The notes beneath the pieces were generated by a model. It made no database searches and was not told the DNA's origin. It worked only from the letters and a program-made list of their open reading frames with translations. A stretch of DNA of 32,000 nucleotides from Nostoc sp. PCC 7120 = FACHB-418 (GTDB lineage: Bacteria > Cyanobacteriota > Cyanobacteriia > Cyanobacteriales > Nostocaceae), in contig NC_003272.1 in NCBI RefSeq assembly GCF_000009705.1, positions 3,420,001 to 3,452,000 of the forward strand, written 5' to 3'. The position numbers were made by a program, and so were the translations under genes. Shown here piece after piece: positions 8,064 through 16,656 of this stretch. Numbering within the stretch: position 1 is the stretch's first letter; each line of letters starts with the position of its first letter.

Positions 8064-11000
8064 ATGAATCCCTCTTCGTCGTTAAGAGTTCAGGGAGGGC
8101 TGCAAAAAGATCCCAGTGATCAGCCATCTCCCACTCCAGAAGTGGCTATCCTCAATCTTGTGAGGTTAGTGGCAGGGGATACGAGTCTAGTTTCAGAGTT
8201 GAGCCAAAACTGGGTAGTTCGGCAGTTTCAACTAGGTGATGAACTGGCAAATTATGTTGTAGATGCAGCAGCTACAGATAGTAGTAATGTTATTTACTTA
8301 GTTTGTCAAGGTAGAGTCCGCTTATTAGGGTTTAATCAAACTCTGGGGCGGGAAGTTTCTACTCAATTGGTATCGGCTGAACAAACTTTCGGGGCAGATC
8401 ATTTCTTTTGTCATCAAACATTACCATATCGAGCGATCGCCGCTAGTGATGGCTTTGTCATCTCTACGACAACTGCTGAATTAAAACCTTGGTTACAGGC
8501 TATCCCCCAACTCAAAAGTTACTTGCAGCGCTTAACCAGTGAACGCCAAGCACTGATATTTTTTAAAACTTATACTAAATTACATTCTCTCAAGACCAAA
8601 AAACTCCAAGAATTACTACCATATTTAATCGCTAAACATATCCCAAACGGCACATCCTTATTAGAAGCAACTCCATCAGAAAAAGGTCGTTTTTGGCTAG
8701 CAAGTGGTCAAGTACAATCAATATCAATAGCAAGTTTTTTGCCGATGGTAGGGGATAGTTGGGGATACCCTGAATCCACATTACCAGACGGCACAGCGCA
8801 AACAGATTTGCTAATTTACCAACTGTCTGCGGAAAATTGGGATTTGGCAAGAGCGATCGCTCCTGATTACTTTACTGAAAGCTATCAACCAATAGAAGCG
8901 CCCGTTGAGGTGGTTAATGTTGTCCCGGCTGATAGTAAACCCCAGATAGCCCTACCCAAGTTACAGAATTTACGATCGCTTACAGCACCAGCCATAGCCA
9001 CATCCGACATCGAAGATATCGACTTTCCCCAAGGAGTCAAACAACACAAATCACGGTCGTCCTACTCCTACCCATTTATTCAACAACAGAGTTCATCAGA
9101 CTGTGGTGCAGCTTGTTTGGCGATGATTAGTCAATATTGGGGTAAACGCTTAAGTCTGTATAGTTTGAGGAATTTAGCCCAGGTAGACCGCAATGGCGCA
9201 TCCCTTGAAGGTTTGACCGTAGCAGCTCAAACCTTAGGTTATGATGTGCTACCAGTGCGGGGAAGTTTGCCCAAATTAGAGTGGCACTATAACCCTTGGG
9301 TTGCTCACTGGCAAGGAAATCACTATGTAGTAGTGTGGCAGATTAAAGGCGATCGCGTCTTAATTTCTGATCCGGCTGTAGGTAGGAAATGGCTGTCACG
9401 TCCGCAATTTGAAACGAGTTGGACAGGCTACGCCCTATTATTAGACCCCACAGAAAGTTTTCAAGCCCTCAAGAGTGAAAAATTTTCTCTTGGTCGCTAT
9501 GGGCAAACATTGTGGAATTATCGGACAGTGCTTAGGCAAATAATTCTTGCCTCCTTACTGGTACAAGTTTTTGGGTTGGCAACTCCCCTGTTTACTCAGG
9601 TGATTCTCGACCAAGTAATGCCTATCAAAAACTTGCCGAATTTGCATATATTTGCGTTCAGCTTTTTATGTTTGGGTATCTGGCGGACTGTGTTAACGGC
9701 GCAGCACCAAAACTTACTAGATTATTTTGCTAACCGCATAGATTTAAGCTTGATTGGCGGTTTTATTAACTATACGTTGCAGTTACCCTTACAATTTTTC
9801 GCCTCCCGCCAGGTAGATGATATTATTAGCCGCGTTCAAGAAAACCGCAAAATTCAACTGTTTATTAGCCGTAGGGCAATTGGGGCGGCGGTAGATATCT
9901 TGATGGTAATGACTTATCTGGGGTTGATGACCTATTACAGTTGGCAACTCACTCTTTTAGTTTTGAGTTGGATTATCCCCGTAGTGATTTTAACTGTAGT
10001 TGCCAGTCCCTACCTCAAGCAAGCATCAAGAGAAATTTTTCAGGAATCCGCCAGACAACACTCTTCAATGGTAGAGATTATGACTGGGGTGGCGACAGTC
10101 AAAACCGCCACCGCCGAACGCCCTTTGCAGAAGTATTGGGAAGAGCGGTTTTTAAAAATGCTGAAGGTGCGGTTGCGGGGACAAAAGTTAGCCCATCGTT
10201 TACAAGTGACGCGGACGTTAATTAATCATGTTGGTAGTACCCTGGTTTTATGGTTTGGGGCTACTTTGGTGATGGGTGGGAAAATGTCCTTGGGACAGTT
10301 TGTGGCTTTCAATATGCTAACTGGGAATGTGACTCATCCAGTTTTGTCATTAGTTGGGTTATGGGATGAGTTTCAAGAAATATTGATTTCCGTGGAACGA
10401 CTCAATGATGTTTATGCGGCCGTCCCAGAAGCCAGTTCCCAAACAACTTTACTTGTGATGCCGCCAATTCGAGGCGAGGTAAGATTTGAGAATGTTTCGT
10501 TTCGTTATAACTCGTTTCAAGAACGCAACGCCTTACAAAATATCTCTTTTGGTATCAAACCCCAACAAACTATCGGCATCATTGGTCAAAGTGGTTCGGG
10601 TAAAAGTACTTTAGCTAATTTATTAGCTGGTTTATATCGCCCTGATACAGGCAGGATTTTGATTGATGGACATGATATGGCTGGGGTATCTCCCCAATCC
10701 TTGCGGAGTCAAGTCGGATTAGTAGCACAAGACAGTTTTCTATTTTCGGGAACGATTTTAGAAAACATTACTTTGCACGATCAAGAACTGAGCTTAATCC
10801 AAGCGATCGCCGCCGCCAAGTTAACCGGCGCACACGATTTTATCCAAGCCTTACCTCTGGGTTACGACACCCAAGTGGGAGAACGAGGTTTCATGCTTTC
10901 TGGGGGACAAAGGCAAAAAATTGCGATCGCCCGTGCTTTGGTAAGAAATCCCAAAATTTTGATTTTAGATGAAGCCACTAGCGGTTTAGATGCAGAATCA

Positions 11001-11198
11001 GAACGCCGCTTTCAACAGAATTTAGCCCAAATTAGTCAGGAACGGACTACTTTTATCGTTTCTCACCGTCTTTCTACTGTGCGCTATGCTGACCATATTT
11101 TTGTCATAGACCAAGGAATGGTGATTGAACATGGCACTCATCAGGAACTAATGGCGATCGCTGGTCTTTATCACCACTTAGCTCAACTGCAACTATAG
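8064..11198 (+). CDS. hetC: HetC: ABC exporter with an N-terminal cNMP-binding-like region, a C39 (double-glycine) peptidase domain, a 6-TM domain and an ABC ATPase (1044 aa)
   Basis: C39 catalytic block QQQSSSDCGAACLAMISQYWG (Cys347, TGT 9102..9104), with a downstream His (AHWQGNHYVVV) and Asp (ISDPAVG). Walker A is GQSGSGKST, the signature is LSGGQRQKIAIARAL and Walker B is ILILDEATS. The length and the position next to hetP match Anabaena HetC. Confidence 0.95.
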   Translation: MNPSSSLRVQGGLQKDPSDQPSPTPEVAILNLVRLVAGDTSLVSELSQNWVVRQFQLGDELANYVVDAAATDSSNVIYLVCQGRVRLLGFNQTLGREVSTQLVSAEQTFGADHFFCHQTLPYRAIAASDGFVISTTTAELKPWLQAIPQLKSYLQRLTSERQALIFFKTYTKLHSLKTKKLQELLPYLIAKHIPNGTSLLEATPSEKGRFWLASGQVQSISIASFLPMVGDSWGYPESTLPDGTAQTDLLIYQLSAENWDLARAIAPDYFTESYQPIEAPVEVVNVVPADSKPQIALPKLQNLRSLTAPAIATSDIEDIDFPQGVKQHKSRSSYSYPFIQQQSSSDCGAACLAMISQYWGKRLSLYSLRNLAQVDRNGASLEGLTVAAQTLGYDVLPVRGSLPKLEWHYNPWVAHWQGNHYVVVWQIKGDRVLISDPAVGRKWLSRPQFETSWTGYALLLDPTESFQALKSEKFSLGRYGQTLWNYRTVLRQIILASLLVQVFGLATPLFTQVILDQVMPIKNLPNLHIFAFSFLCLGIWRTVLTAQHQNLLDYFANRIDLSLIGGFINYTLQLPLQFFASRQVDDIISRVQENRKIQLFISRRAIGAAVDILMVMTYLGLMTYYSWQLTLLVLSWIIPVVILTVVASPYLKQASREIFQESARQHSSMVEIMTGVATVKTATAERPLQKYWEERFLKMLKVRLRGQKLAHRLQVTRTLINHVGSTLVLWFGATLVMGGKMSLGQFVAFNMLTGNVTHPVLSLVGLWDEFQEILISVERLNDVYAAVPEASSQTTLLVMPPIRGEVRFENVSFRYNSFQERNALQNISFGIKPQQTIGIIGQSGSGKSTLANLLAGLYRPDTGRILIDGHDMAGVSPQSLRSQVGLVAQDSFLFSGTILENITLHDQELSLIQAIAAAKLTGAHDFIQALPLGYDTQVGERGFMLSGGQRQKIAIARALVRNPKILILDEATSGLDAESERRFQQNLAQISQERTTFIVSHRLSTVRYADHIFVIDQGMVIEHGTHQELMAIAGLYHHLAQLQL

Positions 11199-11205
11199 TT
11201 GTCTA

Positions 11206-11245
11206 GTCAGTTGTCAGTCGTCAATAGTTTTATTCTCCCCCTGCC
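11206..11245 (+). repeat. 40-bp dispersed element GTCAGTTGTCAGTCGTCAATAGTTTTATTCTCCCCCTGCC (copy A)
   Basis: It starts 8 nt after the hetC stop. It matches 18331..18370 at 38 of 40 positions by eye. Its 3' part is the reverse complement of the G-rich STRR unit seen at rimM. Confidence 0.8.
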
Positions 11246-11661
11246 TTATTCCAACAATAATTATTTACGCCAACCTACTTACATTTGTAAGCCCCTATCA
11301 AGGTATCTGTTCTATTCTTTTTTCCAATCGATACAACTCATATAAAGAATACTAGCTTTTATTGCTATAGCATAAAATCGCAAAACTGACAGAAGTCCTA
11401 GTGACGGTTTGCTAGCTTTGTAAAAAAATCTTGACACTTTTATAGAAAATTTTCCGGATTTATGGTTGCAACAATATTATCTACATCATAAATCTAGTGC
11501 AAATTTATATCCATATACTATTGGTAAGCAACCATTAGCATTTATATATGAATGTGAAAAATTCACTGAAATTTGATCAGCTAATTTTTCACGTTAAATA
11601 ATTGCTTATCAACCTATTTAGTGGTAAATTCTCTTAGTAGGTTTAAAGTCTCAAATGCACA

Positions 11662-11690
11662 GTAGGCGAGGGGTCTAACCCCTCATTACC
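11662..11690 (+). promoter_or_regulatory. HetR-binding site of the hetP promoter region
   Basis: GTAGGCGAGGGGTCTAACCCCTCATTACC, with the perfect 17-bp palindrome GAGGGGTCTAACCCCTC at 11668..11684. As far as I recall, this is identical to the 29-bp hetP upstream site used in HetR-DNA binding and structural studies. Confidence 0.85.
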
Positions 11691-12363
11691 TAGTAGAAAA
11701 TGCTCAAAATCCCCATTGATATAGCGTATAACTCAACATTAAAAATATTCAGTAAAATTGAGTAATAAAATTCTGATAACGGGTGACATTCATGAAAAAA
11801 GATAGTATAAATACTAATATGACTCTGAATAGAGTATGGAGAAGCAATGATGATGTTAAAGATTAAAATACATACAGAAAGTCTAGTGCTTCGCCTATAC
11901 TTAAGTAAGTGAAAATTTAATAACTCAATCAGGGATAAGAATTACAAAATTTGCTAGATGAATAACAGTAATTCGTATTTACGTAAGGGTATAAACAGAT
12001 ATTTATCTGTCATAACACTAAATAACAAGGGGCAGTTAATAGATGAAGCTAAAACGTAATTATACTGATATAAATTTAGCTTTAAAAATCCGATTAATTA
12101 ATAGTAATGATGTCGCTTTATTATCTAATAACTCAGCAAGGATATTTACAAGTATCAAAACGCCCTAGTAATAATTACCAAGTTTGTAATTCAACATAAC
12201 TACAGGGGATTATAGCCTGAAGTATCCCCCTAGAGCGGGACACAACAAGGACAAAGTAATTTTCACAAGCCAAGCATGAAAGTGGTTTTTCCCCACTCCC
12301 CACTTTCAAGGTTTATTGATTCACGTAATAGCTGAGATATTTTCATCCAAAACAATAACAACC

Positions 12364-12843
12364 ATGAACCAAAACACTACAGGCATAACCAACTACAACA
12401 AAGCTATCAATCCTCAACAATTTGACAAAGTGGTTGAAGCAATTCTGGCTGGTAAATACTCTTGGGCTTGTGTTCTCATGCTGCGCTTTGCTGGGTACAA
12501 TCCTATGCACTACATTCCCTACCGCACATATAACCGCTTACTCAAAGAAAACTCCGAAGCTAGCAAAGTACAGCAACAACAACACGATAATCTAAAAAAC
12601 AGTCAAGTAGCTGCTGTTTCTAGGTCTAATACTAATATGCCGTCCAGTTGCTTAAGTAAAATCAAAGACTTAGCCTATCTGGAAGTAGTAGGTAAACAAA
12701 CAACAGAAATTCATGGTGGTAATTTAGATCAATGGTTAACAGAACAAGTTCATGAGTTTCAAGATATGTACTTGGAACCACAAGCAATATCCAATCAAGA
12801 CATTACCTTCAAACTGTCAGACCTAGATTTTATTCATAATTGA
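12364..12843 (+). CDS. hetP: HetP, heterocyst commitment protein (159 aa)
   Basis: ORF 12316..12843 trimmed to ATG 12364. MNQNTTGITNYNKAINPQQFDKVVEAILAGKYSWACVLMLRFAGYNPMHYIPYRTYNRLL... matches the HetP sequence and the 159-aa length I remember. It lies directly downstream of hetC, as in PCC 7120. Confidence 0.95.
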   Translation: MNQNTTGITNYNKAINPQQFDKVVEAILAGKYSWACVLMLRFAGYNPMHYIPYRTYNRLLKENSEASKVQQQQHDNLKNSQVAAVSRSNTNMPSSCLSKIKDLAYLEVVGKQTTEIHGGNLDQWLTEQVHEFQDMYLEPQAISNQDITFKLSDLDFIHN

Positions 12844-12895
12844 TGATGTGACTTCGGGGTTGTGTATCCTACCTTGAAACCAGACGTGTTCGTAT

Positions 12896-13066
12896 AGTGT
12901 TAGTGCGTAGACGCGTTGGCCTAGCCTCTCGTTCGCGTAGCGTCTCCGACAGGAGAAGGAGAAGCGGCTTGTCCTTGGACATTGCTACATAAGTAGTTGG
13001 GTGCGGAAATTTGTAACTATGTCATTGCGAACGGAGTGAAGCAATCGCAAGCGTTTTGAGAGATTT
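12896..13066. repeat. Cluster of GC-rich dispersed-repeat fragments in an AT-rich spacer
   Basis: Motifs such as GCGTAGACGCG..CGCGTAGCGTCTC, GAGAAGCGGCTTG and CATTGCGAACGGAGTGAAGCAATCGC look like small hairpin-forming repeat families common in Nostoc genomes. The family assignment is from memory only. Confidence 0.4.
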
Positions 13067-13144
13067 ACATTTTGTTACATAGTTAGGTTTATTCATGCCT
13101 ATTTACTTACCCCTTTTTGGGTAATTCTCTGCAACTTCTCGAAT

Positions 13145-13399
13145 GTGAGTCTTGACACCAAATATTTCCTGAATCATCATCATCGCCACGCCACATATCT
13201 TGTCTGTCTTGTCGATGAAATAGAAATTATTCCCGTCACTTACCACCATCTGAATACAGGCGCTTTTTCCTCCACAACTGCTGGCAATCGGATAGCAATT
13301 GAAGAGTTTGTGGTGCTTGAGTTAGAAAACGCACAATTAAACCAATTCGCAATACCGCAAAACGCAATTCGCTTTTTCTGTGTTGTAAAGGGGATTTAG
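13145..13399 (+). CDS. Hypothetical small protein (84 aa, GTG start); doubtful
   Basis: It is the only ORF of 60 aa or more in the 1.1 kb hetP-downstream spacer. I saw no in-frame ATG start, no SD and no recognisable motif. The composition is not obviously junk (His-rich N-terminus, mixed beta-like core). Confidence 0.25.
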   Translation: MSLDTKYFLNHHHRHATYLVCLVDEIEIIPVTYHHLNTGAFSSTTAGNRIAIEEFVVLELENAQLNQFAIPQNAIRFFCVVKGI

Positions 13400-13492
13400 C
13401 GCAAAGTCAGAGCGCCGGCTTCCGGCGTAGAGGTGCAAGCGGCTTGCCACAAGCATCTGAACTTTGGAAGACACAAAGAGCCACAACACTTG

Positions 13493-13533
13493 CGGCTTGA
13501 TAGAAGCCGGGGATTTAAACCCCTACATTTTTT
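13493..13533 (+). terminator. Possible intrinsic terminator: two short hairpins followed by T6
   Basis: CGGCTT-gatag-AAGCCG (13493..13509), then GGGG-atttaaa-CCCC (13509..13523), then tacaTTTTTT (T-run 13528..13533). Confidence 0.35.
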
Positions 13534-14002
13534 CAAAGCGTGTGATAAAGCGATTAATTGTCTCATCCACGCAGCTATAGCTAAGAGATAAAGTAGGCGG
13601 CTTCTCAAGGAAACTCCGCCTATCACAACAAACAACAACACTATGAACTAATCCATCATGGCAGTGATTGGGCGTGTTTTAAAAGACATTTTTGTATAAA
13701 AAGCATTGAAGTTATGAATTAATTGCATAAGTAATAGAATAGGTAAGGAATTATACCTTAGTAGTACGCGCTCTGCTCAAGTCTTTAATTTAGCGGAAAT
13801 ATTCTTTTGGAGATTGGATCTATCTATAGGAATCTGATTTGATTATTGTTGGTGTAGTCTGCGCTTGTGCATAAATATCTAAGTATCTGTAGGGTGAGCA
13901 ATGCCCACCGTATCATGATTGTAGTAGGCGATGCTACGCATATTTCAGAAATCAAATACTAGACCTATATGTAACCAAAACTAAAAACTGGAGTTCACAA
14001 AA

Positions 14003-14641
14003 ATGCAAGTAGCATATAAACCAGTATTAAATTCCATCATGATGGGTTTGGTCATAGTAGGAGCAATATCTGACAAACCTGGACTGGCTTCTCCTGTAAC
14101 CCTGGAAGAAGCTGCGAAATCAGAAGTATCTACACCGACAATTGTGTCACAAAGTCAAGGAGTTTATCGGAGCGATCGCTTTCTGTTTCGGTTTACCTAT
14201 TCCTCCAAAGACTTTGTCATAGATAATGATATCTCTACACCTTCAAATGGTATTGATGCTCCATTCGCTACTATTGATGTTTGGACTAAACAGCACGCTC
14301 AGAAAATTCGCGCCGGAGCCTATGAAGGTGGTACTGAATACCCTGCTAATGTCAGCATTAGAGTTTACAACAATCCAAAAAAATTGCCTTTGCAGCAATG
14401 GGTTAAGCAGAGTAATCAATTTACTATGAGCCGCGATTTCAAAATTGCCAGAATTGCTGGCAAAACTGGAATCAAATTTCAGTCTAGCGGCTTATATGAA
14501 AACGAAAGTGTTGTCTTTATCAACCCTAAGGATGCTCGAATTATAGTTGTATCATTATCGAAAAATAGTACTAATGATGATGCAATTTATCGCAGAGCTT
14601 ACCAACAAATTGTCAACTCTTTCATTTTTGTCAACAGATAG
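14003..14641 (+). CDS. Hypothetical secreted protein (212 aa)
   Basis: GGAG lies 10 nt upstream of ATG 14003. The N-terminal hydrophobic stretch IMMGLVIVGAISDKPGLA looks like a signal peptide. I recognised no family motif. Confidence 0.7.
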   Translation: MQVAYKPVLNSIMMGLVIVGAISDKPGLASPVTLEEAAKSEVSTPTIVSQSQGVYRSDRFLFRFTYSSKDFVIDNDISTPSNGIDAPFATIDVWTKQHAQKIRAGAYEGGTEYPANVSIRVYNNPKKLPLQQWVKQSNQFTMSRDFKIARIAGKTGIKFQSSGLYENESVVFINPKDARIIVVSLSKNSTNDDAIYRRAYQQIVNSFIFVNR

Positions 14642-14679
14642 AAAACCTGACTAATTAACAATTCCTATATATAAACTCA

Positions 14680-16053
14680 TTAAGCTAAGTGCATAAACAC
14701 AATCTTTAATAACTCTGCACGGGTGAAAGGTTTAGTTAGATATCCAGATGCACCAGCTAATCTGGCTCTGACTTTGTCAACTAATCCCTTATAACTTGTA
14801 ACGAATATAATCGGCGTATTTTTAAACATGGAATTATTGCGAATAATCCTACACAATTCATAGCCATCAATACCAGCCATATTCAGATCCAGTAAAATCA
14901 AGTCTGGTTTATGTCTGATAATTGACATAGCAGCCTTGAGCGGATCATTGATAGCAATTACTGTGAAATTCTCACTTTCTAAGAAATAGCTAATTTCTTT
15001 GAGAATTGTCGGACTATCATCTACAGAAACGATTTTATAAACTTGTCGAGTAGTTCCGGTAGCAGGCATTACTCTTTCCGGAATAGAATTTGTGGTATTT
15101 GATAATGTTAGTTCCTGATGGCTTGCTTTGGCAGGAGTATAAGGTTGTGGTAATCGCACCACAGGAGCTAAATTATCTACTGCAAGAATTGGGGTGATTG
15201 GCGTAGCATTACTACTGAGTTCTACGACTGTATCTACTAATTTTCTACTCAGTAATGCAGTTGTGTATTTAGGAGTTAATGTTGATTCTGCTAGAATTTT
15301 GGGTAATTGATCAAATGGTGGATCTGGTTCATGTAATATAATCTCTCCGGTGAGGATGTAAGGATATAAATTTTGAGCTAACTGGATTTCATCTTGATTC
15401 ATAATTATAGCCAGATGACGCAGGCTGAAACCCTTCATCCAGTAAGTCAATTTTGGCTGGAGTTCTGGAGAATTTTTACCGTTAATCAACAGATATGGAC
15501 GTTGATAGGGTGATGTGATGTTTGGTAAGTAAGATTGCCAATTTTGTAGTCTAATTTGACAACGTTCCATTACCTTGACTGTATCAAGTCGGCAAATTGC
15601 AGGTAATTTCACCTGTGAATTACTTAATTCATAAGTGCCATTTTTAATTAACAGAAATGATTCAATTACATCCTTAACTAATTCTTGAATCAGCATCGTG
15701 GCTTGTGCAGTATCTAAATATTCTTGCTCGACAAGCCAATTAACAGCTTGGTAATCAGGCAGATGAATAGTATCGCTGGAATTTTGCGCTTCGATTTCAA
15801 ACAGCAAGCGTAACTGCACCCGAATTTCATTTGTCACTTGAGAAAAGTGTTGGCTGAGGCGGCGCAAATGGCGTTCTAATCTATCGAATGGTTCTACAGA
15901 ATGAGTTGCATAGGTTATTGTTCCATCTTCTAAGTAAATTGACCAAGTGACTGAGTTGCTAAAAGCTTGTAAACAAGTGGTGTCAAAACAACTAGATAAA
16001 TGTCTTAACAAACCCTGAGGACTTAGTGCTGTAAATGTGCCGTGATATTTCAT
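14680..16053 (-). CDS. PatA-subfamily response regulator: N-terminal PATAN-like domain plus C-terminal CheY-like receiver (457 aa)
   Basis: The C-terminal ~120 aa form a canonical receiver: VSVDDSP acidic pair, phospho-acceptor in DLILLDLNMAGIDG, IFVTS, and YLTKPF Lys. The long N-terminal region resembles the PATAN domain architecture of PatA/PixG-type regulators; that call is by architecture, not alignment. Confidence 0.8.
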   Translation of the reverse strand: MKYHGTFTALSPQGLLRHLSSCFDTTCLQAFSNSVTWSIYLEDGTITYATHSVEPFDRLERHLRRLSQHFSQVTNEIRVQLRLLFEIEAQNSSDTIHLPDYQAVNWLVEQEYLDTAQATMLIQELVKDVIESFLLIKNGTYELSNSQVKLPAICRLDTVKVMERCQIRLQNWQSYLPNITSPYQRPYLLINGKNSPELQPKLTYWMKGFSLRHLAIIMNQDEIQLAQNLYPYILTGEIILHEPDPPFDQLPKILAESTLTPKYTTALLSRKLVDTVVELSSNATPITPILAVDNLAPVVRLPQPYTPAKASHQELTLSNTTNSIPERVMPATGTTRQVYKIVSVDDSPTILKEISYFLESENFTVIAINDPLKAAMSIIRHKPDLILLDLNMAGIDGYELCRIIRNNSMFKNTPIIFVTSYKGLVDKVRARLAGASGYLTKPFTRAELLKIVFMHLA

Positions 16054-16656
16054 ATTGTTAATTACTTTGTCAAAAGATACAAGATTTATGTCCGGATTTG
16101 GAGCTTTTACTATGAGATATTCATCATGTTTGGATATTTTTTTGGTTCTTCTGGAATAAAGACAGATACATTTTTTACTAACTAGAAGCTTTAGACACTC
16201 AAGAGGATGTTAACTTGCAAACCATGTACTGAAATCTTATTCTTTTAGCAATTTTCACATTCAAGTTCTCTTGGTTACATTAGGTATTTTGTTCATAGTG
16301 ATTAATTGAATTATCAATTTATTTTCTATATAGAAAAACAAAAACTCCACACAAAATCTTTAAAAATTTATGTAGGCAAAATCAAACTATTTATTATATT
16401 CTGTGGTTGCTCTATATAAATTTTGATAGATGGATTAATGTCTCGAATGGAAACCTACGATTTATTATTGACTCTACATTTTGATTAAGATTTTCTTAAA
16501 TGTGTAGAGCTTTCGGTGAGAAGGATCTTTATTAATGAAGATTAAACCAGCTACCGCCAAACATCTACCTGTGGTCTTGTCGGCTTCGGCTGTGGAAACT
16601 ATATACTTTGAAAAAAGGAAAATAGAGCTTTGGACTATAACATAACACAAAACGTT

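Noticed and set aside
12715-12720. Internal Gly-Gly in HetP (TTEIHGG at residues 113-119) as a possible cleavage site for the neighbouring HetC C39 peptidase.
   Set aside because: C39 substrates carry the GG at the end of a short N-terminal leader, whereas this one is 119 residues in. The -7/-8 positions (T, Q) do not match the L/E of the usual leader consensus, and only the Ile at -4 fits. It is an attractive idea, but the sequence does not support it.
13509-13523. GGGGATTTAAACCCC as a second HetR-type site.
   Set aside because: The spacer between GGGG and CCCC is 7 nt, not 5. The flanking GA/TC of the GAGGGG...CCCCTC consensus is also absent. It is more likely part of a terminator hairpin.
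13396-13641. 81-aa minus-strand ORF.
   Set aside because: It runs through the GC-rich hairpin-repeat island. It is Leu/Arg/Cys/Ala-rich, as expected from reading GC-rich repeats, and has no SD or motifs.
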